Shown here: in pieces, positions 42,133 to 52,188 of the stretch
Position numbering within the stretch: position 1 is the first letter of the stretch
Layout: every line of letters begins with the position of its first letter
Assembly: GCA_020056635.1 (NCBI GenBank)
Contig: JAGVHI010000016.1
Span: 4,702-68,701 of the forward strand
Direction of reading: 5' to 3'
DNA from: an archaeon
GTDB lineage: Archaea > Micrarchaeota > Micrarchaeia > Anstonellales > Anstonellaceae
Length of the DNA: 64,000 nucleotides
Translations under genes and position numbers: made by a program
The notes under the pieces: model-generated
The model's input: the letters and a program-made list of their open reading frames with translations, nothing else
The model's database searches: none
Told to the model about the DNA's origin: nothing

Positions 42133-43197
42133 ATGCGCACAATGTGCAACATTGAATATTCCTTCCTATTGCGCGAGCTTGGGCCATTGGTAGGGAAGCA
42201 CCTGAACAAGCTATACGATTGGGGCGAGGGAAAACTGCGCTTCAAGTTCGGCAATGCAGATATTGCTTGCAAATTGGGTGCATGGCTTGCGCTCACCAAC
42301 TATATTGAGGAGACGCCCTCCTCCCCAACCGATTTTGCAATGCAGCTTCGCAACAGGATTGAAAATACGAAGCTCGTTTCTATTTCCCAGCCAAACTCGG
42401 ACAGGCTGCTCCAGTTTGAATTCTCAGATGGCCACCTGCTGGTATTCGAAATGTTCGCAAAAGGCAACCTGGTGCTTGTGAATGATGGAAAATGCATACT
42501 CTGCTACAGGCGCGAGGAATGGAAGGACCGCAAAATCGCCCCTAGCTCCCCCTACCAATACCCAAAGCCGCCCCAAATAACCGAACCTCTCCCCTCATTT
42601 GGGCAGTTCCGCTCCCTATTCGATTCGCGTTATTCAATTTCCTGCGCAAACCAGCTCCCCATCGGCCTGCTCTACATCAAGGAAGCGCTCATCCGCGCAA
42701 AAATCCCCGAGCAAAAGCAGGGCTCCGGGCTAACTGACTCCGAGCTTAGGCTGCTTTACGAAACGCTTGCGTCGATGCTTGCAACCCTCTCCCCTCTCTC
42801 CTACTATGGTGCGGACGGGAAACAAGCTGACTACTCACTCACATTGCTCTCGCAGCATTCGCTGCTCCAAGCAAAACCATCTGCCCTGCTCTCGGAAGCG
42901 GTTTCTTCATTTGCGCTTGCACATCCTGTTCAAGATTCAAAACTCGAGGAAAAAATAAAGCAGCTTGAGCGCCGCCTCTCATCCCAGCAGGAAGCACTCC
43001 TTGCGCTTGAAAAGGAAGAGCTAAAAGCGCGCGAGGCCGGGGAAAGAATAAAGGGGAGGCAGCATGAGCTTGACGAGTTTCTGCAAAAGCTTCGCGCGCA
43101 CTCCAAGCTAAGCGAAAGCGAGCTGGAGCTCCTCCTGGCGCAGTTTGAAGGAAAATTCGACAAAAAGAAAGGGAAGGCGCAAGTCACTCTAGATTGA
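42133..43197 (+). CDS. NFACT-N domain protein (RqcH/FbpA-like N-terminal half plus coiled coil)
   Basis: From the Met at 42133: NIEYSFLLRELGPLVGKHLNKLY...GKLRFKF...SDRLLQFEFSDGHLLVFEMFAKGNLVLV. The C-terminus is a coiled coil. The ORF track start at 41836 overlaps the zinc-ribbon ORF. Confidence 0.65.
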   Translation: MRTMCNIEYSFLLRELGPLVGKHLNKLYDWGEGKLRFKFGNADIACKLGAWLALTNYIEETPSSPTDFAMQLRNRIENTKLVSISQPNSDRLLQFEFSDGHLLVFEMFAKGNLVLVNDGKCILCYRREEWKDRKIAPSSPYQYPKPPQITEPLPSFGQFRSLFDSRYSISCANQLPIGLLYIKEALIRAKIPEQKQGSGLTDSELRLLYETLASMLATLSPLSYYGADGKQADYSLTLLSQHSLLQAKPSALLSEAVSSFALAHPVQDSKLEEKIKQLERRLSSQQEALLALEKEELKAREAGERIKGRQHELDEFLQKLRAHSKLSESELELLLAQFEGKFDKKKGKAQVTLD

Positions 43198-43579
43198 GGT
43201 ACGGCGCCAGCAATTTTTCGGCTTTTGAGGTCTTGTCCACCTTGATTGAGAACACAGCGCTCTCCTTGTCCCGGGTGAGCATGTGTATGTTTTCAATATT
43301 GATCCCACTGTCCGCAAGCAGCTTGGACAGCCTTGTGAGCTCGCCGGGCTGGTCGCTCATCTTGATTATCAGATTTTCCGAGCTCATCACCCTGTAGCTG
43401 TTGTTCATGAGAACATCCTTTGCGCGCTTCTCATCCTTCACGCCAATGTAGATTATGGCGTTCTCGCCAACCTTTGTGACAGTTATCGCATCAATGTTGA
43501 TCTTGGCTTTCCCGAGGATGTATGATATGTCGGCAAGCACGCCTACCTTGTCCTCTACCATTATGGTTATTTGCTTCAT
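43184..43579 (-). CDS. Tandem ACT-domain protein
   Basis: MKQITIMVEDKVGVLADISYILG... and IIKMSDQPGELTRLSKLLADSGINIENI. The start is taken at the internal Met. Confidence 0.7.
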   Translation of the reverse strand: MKQITIMVEDKVGVLADISYILGKAKINIDAITVTKVGENAIIYIGVKDEKRAKDVLMNNSYRVMSSENLIIKMSDQPGELTRLSKLLADSGINIENIHMLTRDKESAVFSIKVDKTSKAEKLLAPYLNLE

Positions 43580-43604
43580 GGCAATCCCCTCCAGGACACC
43601 TGCG

Positions 43605-43847
43605 CTAGCTTCTTGCCAGGGCAACAACTTGCGCGATTTTCGGTTCGGATCCAAGTATTTTAAATCCGTTGTTCCTGATGACCTCGAGCGCACGCCTGTC
43701 ATCGCGCACGCCGATTTTGATGATCACTTTCCCCATCTCCCCCACAATATCCATGCTCTCCACGATAACCTTGGACCGGGCGAATACAAACGAAACGTCG
43801 CCCATAAGCCCAGGCCGCTCGTCCGCCTCAAAGGTCAGGTATTTCAT
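43605..43847 (-). CDS. Single ACT-domain protein
   Basis: MKYLTFEADERPGLMGDVSFVFA...VIIKIGV. Confidence 0.5.
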   Translation of the reverse strand: MKYLTFEADERPGLMGDVSFVFARSKVIVESMDIVGEMGKVIIKIGVRDDRRALEVIRNNGFKILGSEPKIAQVVALARS

Positions 43848-44150
43848 TTCTATCTCCCTTCGCACCTCGCCCAAATCTTCAAGCTCGGAGTTCACCTGTT
43901 CCCCAAGCAGTTTTGGCAAAGTAGCATGCATCCTTGCGCTTCAATTTCACTTAAATAAGCTCAAAGATTATTTTTGTAAAAACAGCAAAGCAAGCTGGAA
44001 TTTGCTTAAACTAAACATTTCCGGGCACAACTGCGCTTTCCAGTTCCGCTGCATTCTTAACACTAACACCAACCAATCCGCTTTCTACGCCCTTGCGCAG
44101 TTTGAATTTCGTGACAGCGCATTTCCCGTTTTTTCAAACCAAAAATTCGG

Positions 44151-44615
44151 CTATTGACGTGATTTTTCGCCCTTCATCTTCCCATAAATCCCATCATGCA
44201 TCTTCTCGACCTGCCCTGCTGGGAACCCCTCTGCTATTATCTCATACTCCGCAGAGCCGCTTGTGTTTATCCTCAGGTTCGAAACGCCCATCAGCTTGTC
44301 CGCTGCACTTGCATTTACGGAAATGTCAGTCACCATGCCAGCCGGGATGCTCCGTTTGTAGCTTGCAATAATCCCTGTCCGATGCACTATGAGCTCGCCC
44401 TCAAGCGAAACCGATGTGGTTCTCACATGAAGGGCAGAATACAGCGCTGAAAAGAAGACTATGAATGCCCCAAGCGCAAAAAATACGACCTCGAACGGCA
44501 GGTCGAACTTGAGCTGGGGGATGAAAATGCCGCTTGCAAAAAGGGCAGCTGCAAATACCAGCGAAAAACCGTACGTCCTTACATAATACGCCGCAAACGA
44601 CGGGTGCATCTCCAT
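44151..44615 (-). CDS. Membrane protein with a bacterial PH (bPH_2/YdbT-like) domain
   Basis: Two N-terminal TM helices, then LIVHRTGIIASYKRSIPAGMVTDISVNASAADKLMGVSNLRINTSG. Confidence 0.6.
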   Translation of the reverse strand: MEMHPSFAAYYVRTYGFSLVFAAALFASGIFIPQLKFDLPFEVVFFALGAFIVFFSALYSALHVRTTSVSLEGELIVHRTGIIASYKRSIPAGMVTDISVNASAADKLMGVSNLRINTSGSAEYEIIAEGFPAGQVEKMHDGIYGKMKGEKSRQ

Positions 44616-44726
44616 GCAATCTCCAGCGCATGCTCCCTTTTTATCTTCTCCTGTCCATCCCCAGATTGCTCTCACTGCATAAGCTCCACCCGAAGCTATT
44701 CTAATATAAACCAGGCTAATAAACTC

Positions 44727-45320
44727 ATGGCAGGCTCAAACCGGCTCCTCGTTCCGCTCACTATTGGCGGGTTTGCAATTTTCAACATCCTATTCATCCT
44801 AGCAGTGCTCAATTCGCAGGATTTCACCCTTTTCACAAGCTGGGTAAGCGACCTCGGTGTCGGCCCCTCTGCGCAATATTTCAATCCTGCTTGCATGATT
44901 GCAGGCGCAGCGCTCCTGCCGATTTTTGCGCTTCTTCTCAAATCCTCATCCAGCATCAAATTCTCGCAAATCGCATGCGCACTGGGCTTCCTTTCCGGAA
45001 TTGCGCTAATCGGGGTGGGCGCGTTCCCCGAAACCCACGAGCTGCACTCTTCAGTCTCAATCGCATTCTTCATTCTCGCTGCCCTCGCGGTGCTGTCCTA
45101 CACGCTTTCCTACGGGCATGCGCTTGGTTTCATAAACCATCTCGCATTTTTCGGCGCACTCCACTTCATTCTCACAATACTGCTTGCAACCGCGGTGATT
45201 GAGAACACGAAATCCGCCCCGCGCTACGAAACGCTTGCGGTATTCTCATTCCAGCTCTGGATGCTATCCGCCGCATTCTCGAAAAAGGAAAAAGAAAAAG
45301 GCGAGGCTACTTTGCCTTAA
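44727..45320 (+). CDS. Polytopic membrane protein (DUF998-like)
   Basis: Start at the ATG at 44727. WVSDLGVGPSAQYFNPACMIAGAALL plus about 6 TM segments. Confidence 0.55.
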   Translation: MAGSNRLLVPLTIGGFAIFNILFILAVLNSQDFTLFTSWVSDLGVGPSAQYFNPACMIAGAALLPIFALLLKSSSSIKFSQIACALGFLSGIALIGVGAFPETHELHSSVSIAFFILAALAVLSYTLSYGHALGFINHLAFFGALHFILTILLATAVIENTKSAPRYETLAVFSFQLWMLSAAFSKKEKEKGEATLP

Positions 45321-46716
45321 GCAGCCTCTCGATGTTCGAAAGCCTCCTGTCAATCGATGAGAGCCTCTCATCAATGCTTCTTACCTCCGCACTCTCCTGC
45401 ATTGCGGCATAATTCACGGGCTCCTGCTTCCTGGCCTCGGTGTCCTCGAACATCCCATTCAGGAACGAGCCCTCCTGCACCTTTTTCGCATCGTACTTGT
45501 TCTTGGTCCACTCGTGCATTACGAATAGCAAGCCTCCGCCGATTAGGAGCTGGATTATGGAATTTAGCATTGCATCAAGCGCCACATCCTGCGAATACCC
45601 TGTCCGCTGCATCGCATCATTCAGGCTGAAAACGCCTGCAAACAGCCCCACGAGCAGCAGCAGCGCGCCAGCAACCATCGGCACGTAATGCCCGGTCCGC
45701 ACAATCCCCTGCTCCTCCTGCTTCCTTAGCATCCAGTGCAGGAAATACAGTCCAGCCCCTACGAATACTGCGCCAACCAGGAAAGTTGTATACCAGTAAT
45801 CGCCCCTCCCGTATACCACTCGGTTAAGGGACTCCAACACCATGAAAAGCCCGCTTGCAAACAGCGCAATCCCTGCAAACGACGCAGGGGTGTTGTAGGT
45901 GTACTCCGCAAGCGCCCCTTTCCCCTCGAGCTTTTTCGAATGCTCGAGCACCTTGAAAGCGGCTCCCCCAAGCACCAGGCTGTAAACAAGCCAGCCAAGC
46001 AGCCGCGCAGGGTCGTATATTATTTCATCAGTCCACTTGGACCCGCCCATCGCCTGCTTCACCACATCGATGAATTGGTTTGCATACGCCACAAGCGTGA
46101 TTGACGCATACAGCGCCAGGAACAGCCCGGCATTGTGCGCCACAATCGAATAAACAGACCTTGGCGAGCCCCGCTCCTTCCTCCACCTTTCCGCAAGGAA
46201 CAGCGCCGCATGCGAGAGCAGCCCGAACACTATGCTTTGCACAAGCCACCCGTACTGCTGCCAGAACGTCGGCTTTGTGTACGACTCGCTCGGGTATAGC
46301 GACAGCATATCCCTAAATCCCCCGATGAACACGAAAATTGCGCCAAACAATAACATTGAGCCTATGAACCCTGCGCCCATGGTTTTCAAATCGTTTTTCT
46401 CAGTCCGCTCGCCCATCCTAATCAAAGTCACAATCGGCATCACAATAGTCACTATGAAAAACCACAATGAATCCGCGCCCTTAAGCGGGTTGTATGCCCA
46501 ATACCCCCCTCCCCCATAGCTCGGGCTCGGTGCAGCGCTCCCCTCATACCCGCCGCTTCCTCCCCAATAAGCTCGCGATTGCGAGGTTTTCGCATCAGAC
46601 GACATAGCTGGGAAAAAGCCAATAGTTGCAATTGAAATAATCCCGAAAAAGAGCACAAGCACAACGGCAACCACAAGAAAGCCTGCATTCATGCGGAATC
46701 TGGCCAATCCAACCAC
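45307..46716 (-). CDS. Polytopic membrane protein with a C-terminal coiled-coil tail
   Basis: 469 aa with at least 10 hydrophobic segments. The tail is SIDERLSSIDRRLSNIERLLKAK. Confidence 0.6.
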   Translation of the reverse strand: MVGLARFRMNAGFLVVAVVLVLFFGIISIATIGFFPAMSSDAKTSQSRAYWGGSGGYEGSAAPSPSYGGGGYWAYNPLKGADSLWFFIVTIVMPIVTLIRMGERTEKNDLKTMGAGFIGSMLLFGAIFVFIGGFRDMLSLYPSESYTKPTFWQQYGWLVQSIVFGLLSHAALFLAERWRKERGSPRSVYSIVAHNAGLFLALYASITLVAYANQFIDVVKQAMGGSKWTDEIIYDPARLLGWLVYSLVLGGAAFKVLEHSKKLEGKGALAEYTYNTPASFAGIALFASGLFMVLESLNRVVYGRGDYWYTTFLVGAVFVGAGLYFLHWMLRKQEEQGIVRTGHYVPMVAGALLLLVGLFAGVFSLNDAMQRTGYSQDVALDAMLNSIIQLLIGGGLLFVMHEWTKNKYDAKKVQEGSFLNGMFEDTEARKQEPVNYAAMQESAEVRSIDERLSSIDRRLSNIERLLKAK

Positions 46717-46777
46717 CTGCTTTCCCTAGACGCTTTGCATTTATATCTTTTCCCCTGCCAATCGCCCTCGGGGTCAA

Positions 46778-47764
46778 ATGGAACTTTACAACCTGCTTGC
46801 AAAGCTTGCTGCTTTTGCAGTTATTCTTTTCATCCTCCTGCTTGGGCTCTGGGCCATTCCAAATTACCTCTCCAGCACAGTAAAGCCCGATTATTCCAAG
46901 CCAGTGGAAACCCCTGGCCCAATAAACGGAAGCAAAATACTCGAGTACAAGGACCATGAAGTCGATTTTGACCGCTCAAACCCGGAATTCCGCTCGCTTC
47001 AGACAATTTTGCGCGGGCAGGAATATTCCCTTGAATATCCTGTCTATTCCGAGCTTGATTCCTACCTCTCCAACCGCTCAAAGGACGTTTTCATAGTGAA
47101 CTCAATCGGCGACCCGCTCCCCCAGGAACAAACCGAGAAAATAGTGAGCAAGCGGTTGCTTGACGAGCCCAATTCGCTTGAGCAGCTGCGCTTCCTTGCG
47201 CGCACTATACAGAATTTTACCTCCAATAAAGATGACCAGGCGCGCATTGCAATCTCGCTTGCGCAGCGCATACCCTACGATTCTGCAAAAGCCTCTGCAG
47301 CGGAAAAAATACGCCTATACCCCTACCAGGTGCTCTACCACAGTTCCGGCGTTTGCGAGGAAAAGGGACGCCTGCTTGCAATCCTGCTTCGCGAATTGGG
47401 GTTCGGTTCAGTGATTTTCAGCTTTGAGCAGGAGGCGCACCTTGCGGTCGGGATAAAATGCCCGATGCAATACGGCTACCGCGGCACTGGCTACTGCTTT
47501 GTGGAAACTACAGGCCCTACAATAATTACTGATGATTTTTCCAACTACCCGGGTTTCGGGAAGCTCTCATCCGCGCCGCTCATCCTGCCTGTTTCCGATG
47601 GCGCATCCTTCAACTCAGTAACCGAGGAAGCATCCGACCTAGTTGAATGGCGCAGGATTGCAGAAATCGCTTCCAGCTCCCCTGACCATTCCCTCGTGGA
47701 TTCGGATTACAGAAAATGGCTGGAACTCAAGAACAAGTACGGTTTGGTTTCAAAAAGCAGCTAA
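46778..47764 (+). CDS. Membrane-anchored transglutaminase-like cysteine protease-fold protein
   Basis: N-terminal TM segment. The core is SGVCEEKGRLLAILLRELGFGSVIF...EAHLAVGI...GYCFVETT (Cys...His...Glu/Asp order). Confidence 0.6.
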   Translation: MELYNLLAKLAAFAVILFILLLGLWAIPNYLSSTVKPDYSKPVETPGPINGSKILEYKDHEVDFDRSNPEFRSLQTILRGQEYSLEYPVYSELDSYLSNRSKDVFIVNSIGDPLPQEQTEKIVSKRLLDEPNSLEQLRFLARTIQNFTSNKDDQARIAISLAQRIPYDSAKASAAEKIRLYPYQVLYHSSGVCEEKGRLLAILLRELGFGSVIFSFEQEAHLAVGIKCPMQYGYRGTGYCFVETTGPTIITDDFSNYPGFGKLSSAPLILPVSDGASFNSVTEEASDLVEWRRIAEIASSSPDHSLVDSDYRKWLELKNKYGLVSKSS

Positions 47765-47766
47765 CT

Positions 47767-48873
47767 CTACAGCCTTCCCTCAACCATGGGCTTTAGGTAT
47801 TCCCCTATTGATATTGCGCAAGTAAGCCCTGGGGAATCAATCCCAGTAAGATTAAAATAGCCCGGCAGGCTCTCCTCAATCACAAAATCCCTAAACCCTC
47901 CCTCTTTTCCAGACAATTTGGGCCTCACTCCAGACATGTCCGGGGCCAAGTCCCCCTGCTCAAGGAACGGGAGGAACTTTCTTGCCCCTTCGAAAAATTC
48001 CCTTGCATGCCCTTCATCCACTGAATAATCAACAGGTTCTTCTTTCTCGATGAAAAACGCATTTGGCCCCAGCCTTCCCCTCCCCTCCAGCCCTTTTGTG
48101 AAGTGCGCCCCAAGCCCGATTGCGCCAGGAACCGGGTAAACCAATCCATTCACCATCCCAGCCTTTCCCGGTGCTATTGAGAAATACTCCCCCTTGCAAA
48201 AGTGCAGAGTAAGCCTCTCATCCCCCAGCCCAATCATCCGATTAATTCTCTCCGAACCCAATCCAGCGCTGTTTATTACAACCGACGACAGAAATGAATA
48301 CGTTTCGCTCCCTGTCTTTGCAGTAATCTTATACCCATCCCCAGTTTGCTCAATCCCGATCACTTCATTCCCTTGCGCAATCTCATACCCATTTGCAACT
48401 GCTTTGGAATGCAAGCAATCCATGAGCCCGTGCGCGCTCACAATTCCTGTGTTCATGCTAGAGAGTGCCCCAAGCGCGCTCACATTCGGCTCGCGCCGCT
48501 CACGCTCTCTTTTGACGAGCATATGCAGGCCGTCCACCCCATTCAACAGCCCATTTATGTACAGGTCCTCCAGCTTTTCCATCTCCCCCTCGGAAGTTGC
48601 AACTATGACCTTTCCAACCCACGCGTGCGGTACTCCCTCTCTTTCGCAAATTTCGAAAATAAGGCGGTTCCCCTTCACGCACAATATTGCTTTGAGCGAA
48701 TCCCGGGGGTAGTAAATCCCCGCATGCACCACTTCGCTGTTCCTGCTGCTTATCCCCATCCCGTATTTCCTTTCCTTCTCAAGCATGAACGCAGGCCCTT
48801 TTGGCTTCACGCTAGCTGCAATTCCCAAGCCTACGGCTCCAGCTCCGATTATAGTGAGGGCAACTTTCTCCAT
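47767..48873 (-). CDS. FAD-dependent oxidoreductase (DAO family; L-2-hydroxyglutarate/glycerol-3-phosphate dehydrogenase-like)
   Basis: The N-terminal Rossmann motif IIGAGAVGLGIA is followed by SSRNSEVVHAGIYY. Confidence 0.8.
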   Translation of the reverse strand: MEKVALTIIGAGAVGLGIAASVKPKGPAFMLEKERKYGMGISSRNSEVVHAGIYYPRDSLKAILCVKGNRLIFEICEREGVPHAWVGKVIVATSEGEMEKLEDLYINGLLNGVDGLHMLVKRERERREPNVSALGALSSMNTGIVSAHGLMDCLHSKAVANGYEIAQGNEVIGIEQTGDGYKITAKTGSETYSFLSSVVINSAGLGSERINRMIGLGDERLTLHFCKGEYFSIAPGKAGMVNGLVYPVPGAIGLGAHFTKGLEGRGRLGPNAFFIEKEEPVDYSVDEGHAREFFEGARKFLPFLEQGDLAPDMSGVRPKLSGKEGGFRDFVIEESLPGYFNLTGIDSPGLTCAISIGEYLKPMVEGRL

Positions 48874-48952
48874 AAGGCTGATATGTTATTGAAACTATTT
48901 AAATGTGAATCAGCATCCGCCATGCAAATCTATTTCGGCTCAGGCGCCACCA

Positions 48953-49438
48953 TTACACTTCGGCGAGTATCACAGTGTAATTTTTCCCATAATGCTTGGC
49001 ACAGTTCGGGCACGTAGTATAGAAAAAATACATCTTCTTCATTTCTTTTCCCTTCATTTTCACATGCTCCTGCATCTCCTTAATCCATTTGTCCATGTTC
49101 TGGTACGGCCCTTCGAAAACCTTAGTCAGGAACGTCCCGGAGATTTTTTCCATTTTCGCACCCGGGACCTCCTTGCTTACTGCGATATACACATCGCTTC
49201 CGAAAAATGAACCTTCATCAGAGAGCATGAGCGGCTTTGGAGTAAGCGCACCCGCATTCTTGATTAGCTCCATATTTTTCACTATCACCTGCCCAAAATT
49301 CAATGGAATGGAAAATATGCTCGTAACATGGTCCTTGAGAAACAGCTTGTCCTTCCAGTCAATCTCCTTCCCTTCCCACGGGTCAGGGTCAAACCGCGGG
49401 CAGCAGCCGGTTTCAGCATCCTCGTATAGTTTGTCCAT
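48953..49438 (-). CDS. Conserved hypothetical protein with Cys motifs (CCPRFDP ... CPNC)
   Basis: Start at MDKLYEDAETGCCPRFDPDPW. The C-terminus has FFYTTCPNCAKHYG. Confidence 0.55.
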   Translation of the reverse strand: MDKLYEDAETGCCPRFDPDPWEGKEIDWKDKLFLKDHVTSIFSIPLNFGQVIVKNMELIKNAGALTPKPLMLSDEGSFFGSDVYIAVSKEVPGAKMEKISGTFLTKVFEGPYQNMDKWIKEMQEHVKMKGKEMKKMYFFYTTCPNCAKHYGKNYTVILAEV

Positions 49439-49472
49439 CGCACCCACCTCAAACTTGTTCCTGCCCCTATTG

Positions 49473-49766
49473 TCACATCCCAAGGAATTTCATCAGCTCA
49501 TAAACAAGAAAGGCGGGCCAGACAAGAGCTTTCAGGAATCCGATTACTCCTCCCCAGAGGCTAGTCGCAGTCGAGACATAATACACCAACGCGCCAATGA
49601 AGCCCAATCCATAAAAAGCTCCCCCTCCTCCGCATCCAGGCCTGGGCATGCACTCTTTTATCTGCCAAGTCTTGCGCTTGTCATCTTTGCATTCCTGTTC
49701 CATCTTCGTCCCTATCGCCTTTCCAATCTTATCCCACGTTGGTTCTTTAGTAGATTCCTTTTTCAT
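49473..49766 (-). CDS. Small membrane protein
   Basis: 97 aa with CGGGGAFYGLGFIGALVYY and a second hydrophobic helix. TATA-like AAATTTATAC lies about 35 nt upstream. Confidence 0.5.
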   Translation of the reverse strand: MKKESTKEPTWDKIGKAIGTKMEQECKDDKRKTWQIKECMPRPGCGGGGAFYGLGFIGALVYYVSTATSLWGGVIGFLKALVWPAFLVYELMKFLGM

Positions 49767-49921
49767 CTCAATCCACCCCCATCACAGTTGCCACTTGGGG
49801 TATAAATTTGTTTGGCTCAGAAGCTACTCCGTTGATGCATAGGTTTCCCTACATCACTGGGACGGTGTCATCACAGCCGCCAATATTTACGTTTTCAGTG
49901 CTTAAAAAGCAGCAGCAATTT

Positions 49922-50716
49922 TCAGTATATAACAATCACGGGCTCGGTATACCTTCTTACTGCGTTCGTGTTTATCCTTTTGAGCAGGAATTCCCTCATC
50001 ATTATTTCCGCGCTCTCCTGCGGCTCTGAAAGCATTCCAAGCGGCAAATTCAATCTTATAATCCTGTTCGGAATAATATGCCGCGTTGATTTTGGGGGAA
50101 GCGGGTTCTTCGCAAGCGCCTCCTTCACCACATCCTCCTTCCTAAACATCCGGCGGTATAGCACGGTGTACCCCCTGCTCAGGAACTCATCAGCGCGGAA
50201 ATCCTCCACATACTCTATTTTCATGCCTGAAAAATTCGAAAGGAGCGCATTCTGCTGCTCCACCACCTGCCTAAGCTCGTGCGAGCACGAATCAAACAGC
50301 TTGCATTTTTTCTTCCCATTCTCATCATTGCGCACCATCAAAAAGCAGCCCTTCATCGCATCAAGCTCTGCCATCCCATGCTCGAAATCCACGTTCTCAG
50401 GATGGTCTTCAAACATCTCGGGCTTGAAGTCCTTGGACATCGGGTGCCAACCACCTATTTTTATCCCGGGGTCAAAATAGTCCACCACCTGCACCGCAAC
50501 ATTCTGCGCCGAAATGTCACGGAGCACGTGCAGCCTGTGGTTCCCGTCAAGCACGATTTTGTGCTCCTTATCGATAATAAGCGGGTCCACCAGCCTCCCT
50601 ATATTAAGCATGGTTTCCTTCAGGTAGCCTATGTTCTGCGGGAGAGTCTGCTCATGCTGCAAAAGCTGGTCCGTGGGTATTATTTTCAATACATCCAAAA
50701 TTTCGCTCTCAGCCAT
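49922..50716 (-). CDS. ParB/sulfiredoxin-like nuclease-domain protein
   Basis: IPTDQLLQHEQT...VDPLIIDKEHKIVLDGNHRLHVL. Confidence 0.65.
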   Translation of the reverse strand: MAESEILDVLKIIPTDQLLQHEQTLPQNIGYLKETMLNIGRLVDPLIIDKEHKIVLDGNHRLHVLRDISAQNVAVQVVDYFDPGIKIGGWHPMSKDFKPEMFEDHPENVDFEHGMAELDAMKGCFLMVRNDENGKKKCKLFDSCSHELRQVVEQQNALLSNFSGMKIEYVEDFRADEFLSRGYTVLYRRMFRKEDVVKEALAKNPLPPKSTRHIIPNRIIRLNLPLGMLSEPQESAEIMMREFLLKRINTNAVRRYTEPVIVIY

Positions 50717-50751
50717 AGGAAACCATCTCATGAAAGGCTTTTATGGGTTAG

Positions 50752-52188
50752 CTAGCGCATCCCGGCTTTCTGGAGAAGGGAAGTGCGGGGCAGGGCCAGC
50801 CTGATTGCCTCCTGCCTTCGCAGAGTCTCATAAATTCTTGTCATGGCCCTTACTTTCTCCGTATCTTCGTTCCTTATCCTGTCCGAATCGATGTATGTCA
50901 GAAGATGCGTGTGCTTCTCCCCCCTTTTCACCGCACCGAATTCCTCCATGATTCTCTGCACCGTGTGGTGGACCGCCCCATCGCCTATCTTCACCCTGAC
51001 CACATCTTCTATAGTCTCTTCAATCCGCATGTTCGGGACAAATATCGAGCCGGCCTGGTATGGCGCCCATACCTGCCTTTTTATCGTAATCCTGTCAAGC
51101 TTGGCGTGTTTCCGCTCTATCTCCTTCTCAAGCGGATAGACCATTCCGGCTTCCTCCAGCATGCGGTAATCCTCCAACCGGAAAACAATTTCGGTAATCG
51201 GGACTATGCCTGCGGCGGTTCCGGTCGCAAACATCCCAACAGCCTGCCCCTGCACCAGAGTCAGCGGCATGTCCTGCCGGAGAAATTGCATCGGAATCGA
51301 GGGCGCTATCTCATTTTCCACAGCCCTCATCACAGTAGAATCGAGCTGCCCGGCCTTTTTCGGGTCCGGGGTGATGATTACTGGCTCGGTTCCCTGCAAA
51401 ACCACAATCCCAAGGTTCGAGCCGTTGGTTTCAGAAACATTGCCATCGTGTGCAAGCACTAGGCATTCGCCGCATGAGCGATCCGAGGCATCTGCTTTTG
51501 CAATCCCGCCGACAGAATACAAGCCGCCGATTTTCCCATCGGTCACTGTCCTGGCAGGGTCGCCCCTCCGTATCCACGTGAAGAAAAGGGCGCCGTTAGC
51601 GATGTAATTCCCCCACTGCTGCGATATTATAGTCACGATCGGCGCATTCCCCAACGGGTCGACGCCAAGCCCTCCCGGGCCGCGCAGGATGTCAGGCCGG
51701 ATGTATGATGCAGGGTTCCCATTCAGTTTTGCGAAATACCGCCCGTTTAGCGCCGCAGTGAACATTATCAGCTGCTTTATCTCGTCAAAATTCTGGTACA
51801 CCCATGCTACCAGCTCGCCATCTTTCTGCCTGCCGAAAGCAATTGCCCCTTCGTCCGATGTTGTCATCCTAAGCAGGTGGGATGTATGCCCGAGGCGCGA
51901 GACATGCTGGGGAAGCTGCAGAATCGCAAGGCCGTCCTTTGTCCAAACCGCCACAATGCCCTCGAAGGCAATCGAGCCGTAATGGTCCGCGTGCTGCGTT
52001 GGGTCATACCCGTGCGATTCGAAAAAGCCGGCATTTGTAAGTTCATAATGGCGCATCGCCTGCAAATCGACATAATCCTGGGATGCTGCAAGTCCAGTCA
52101 TCCCAGGCGCATTGAGGAGGGGAATTTCATCAAGAGTTGCCACATCTCTTCCAATAACTATATATGGCCCCTGTGTAATCTCGACCAT
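50752..52188 (-). CDS. PLP fold-type IV (branched-chain amino-acid aminotransferase-like) protein with insertions
   Basis: It aligns by eye to IlvE: HYGSIAFEGI, ASYIRPDILRGPGGLGV, GKIGGLYSVGG (Lys), NVSETNGSNL and MFATGTAAGIVPI. A GGGAGG SD precedes the ATG at 52188. Confidence 0.65.
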   Translation of the reverse strand: MVEITQGPYIVIGRDVATLDEIPLLNAPGMTGLAASQDYVDLQAMRHYELTNAGFFESHGYDPTQHADHYGSIAFEGIVAVWTKDGLAILQLPQHVSRLGHTSHLLRMTTSDEGAIAFGRQKDGELVAWVYQNFDEIKQLIMFTAALNGRYFAKLNGNPASYIRPDILRGPGGLGVDPLGNAPIVTIISQQWGNYIANGALFFTWIRRGDPARTVTDGKIGGLYSVGGIAKADASDRSCGECLVLAHDGNVSETNGSNLGIVVLQGTEPVIITPDPKKAGQLDSTVMRAVENEIAPSIPMQFLRQDMPLTLVQGQAVGMFATGTAAGIVPITEIVFRLEDYRMLEEAGMVYPLEKEIERKHAKLDRITIKRQVWAPYQAGSIFVPNMRIEETIEDVVRVKIGDGAVHHTVQRIMEEFGAVKRGEKHTHLLTYIDSDRIRNEDTEKVRAMTRIYETLRRQEAIRLALPRTSLLQKAGMR

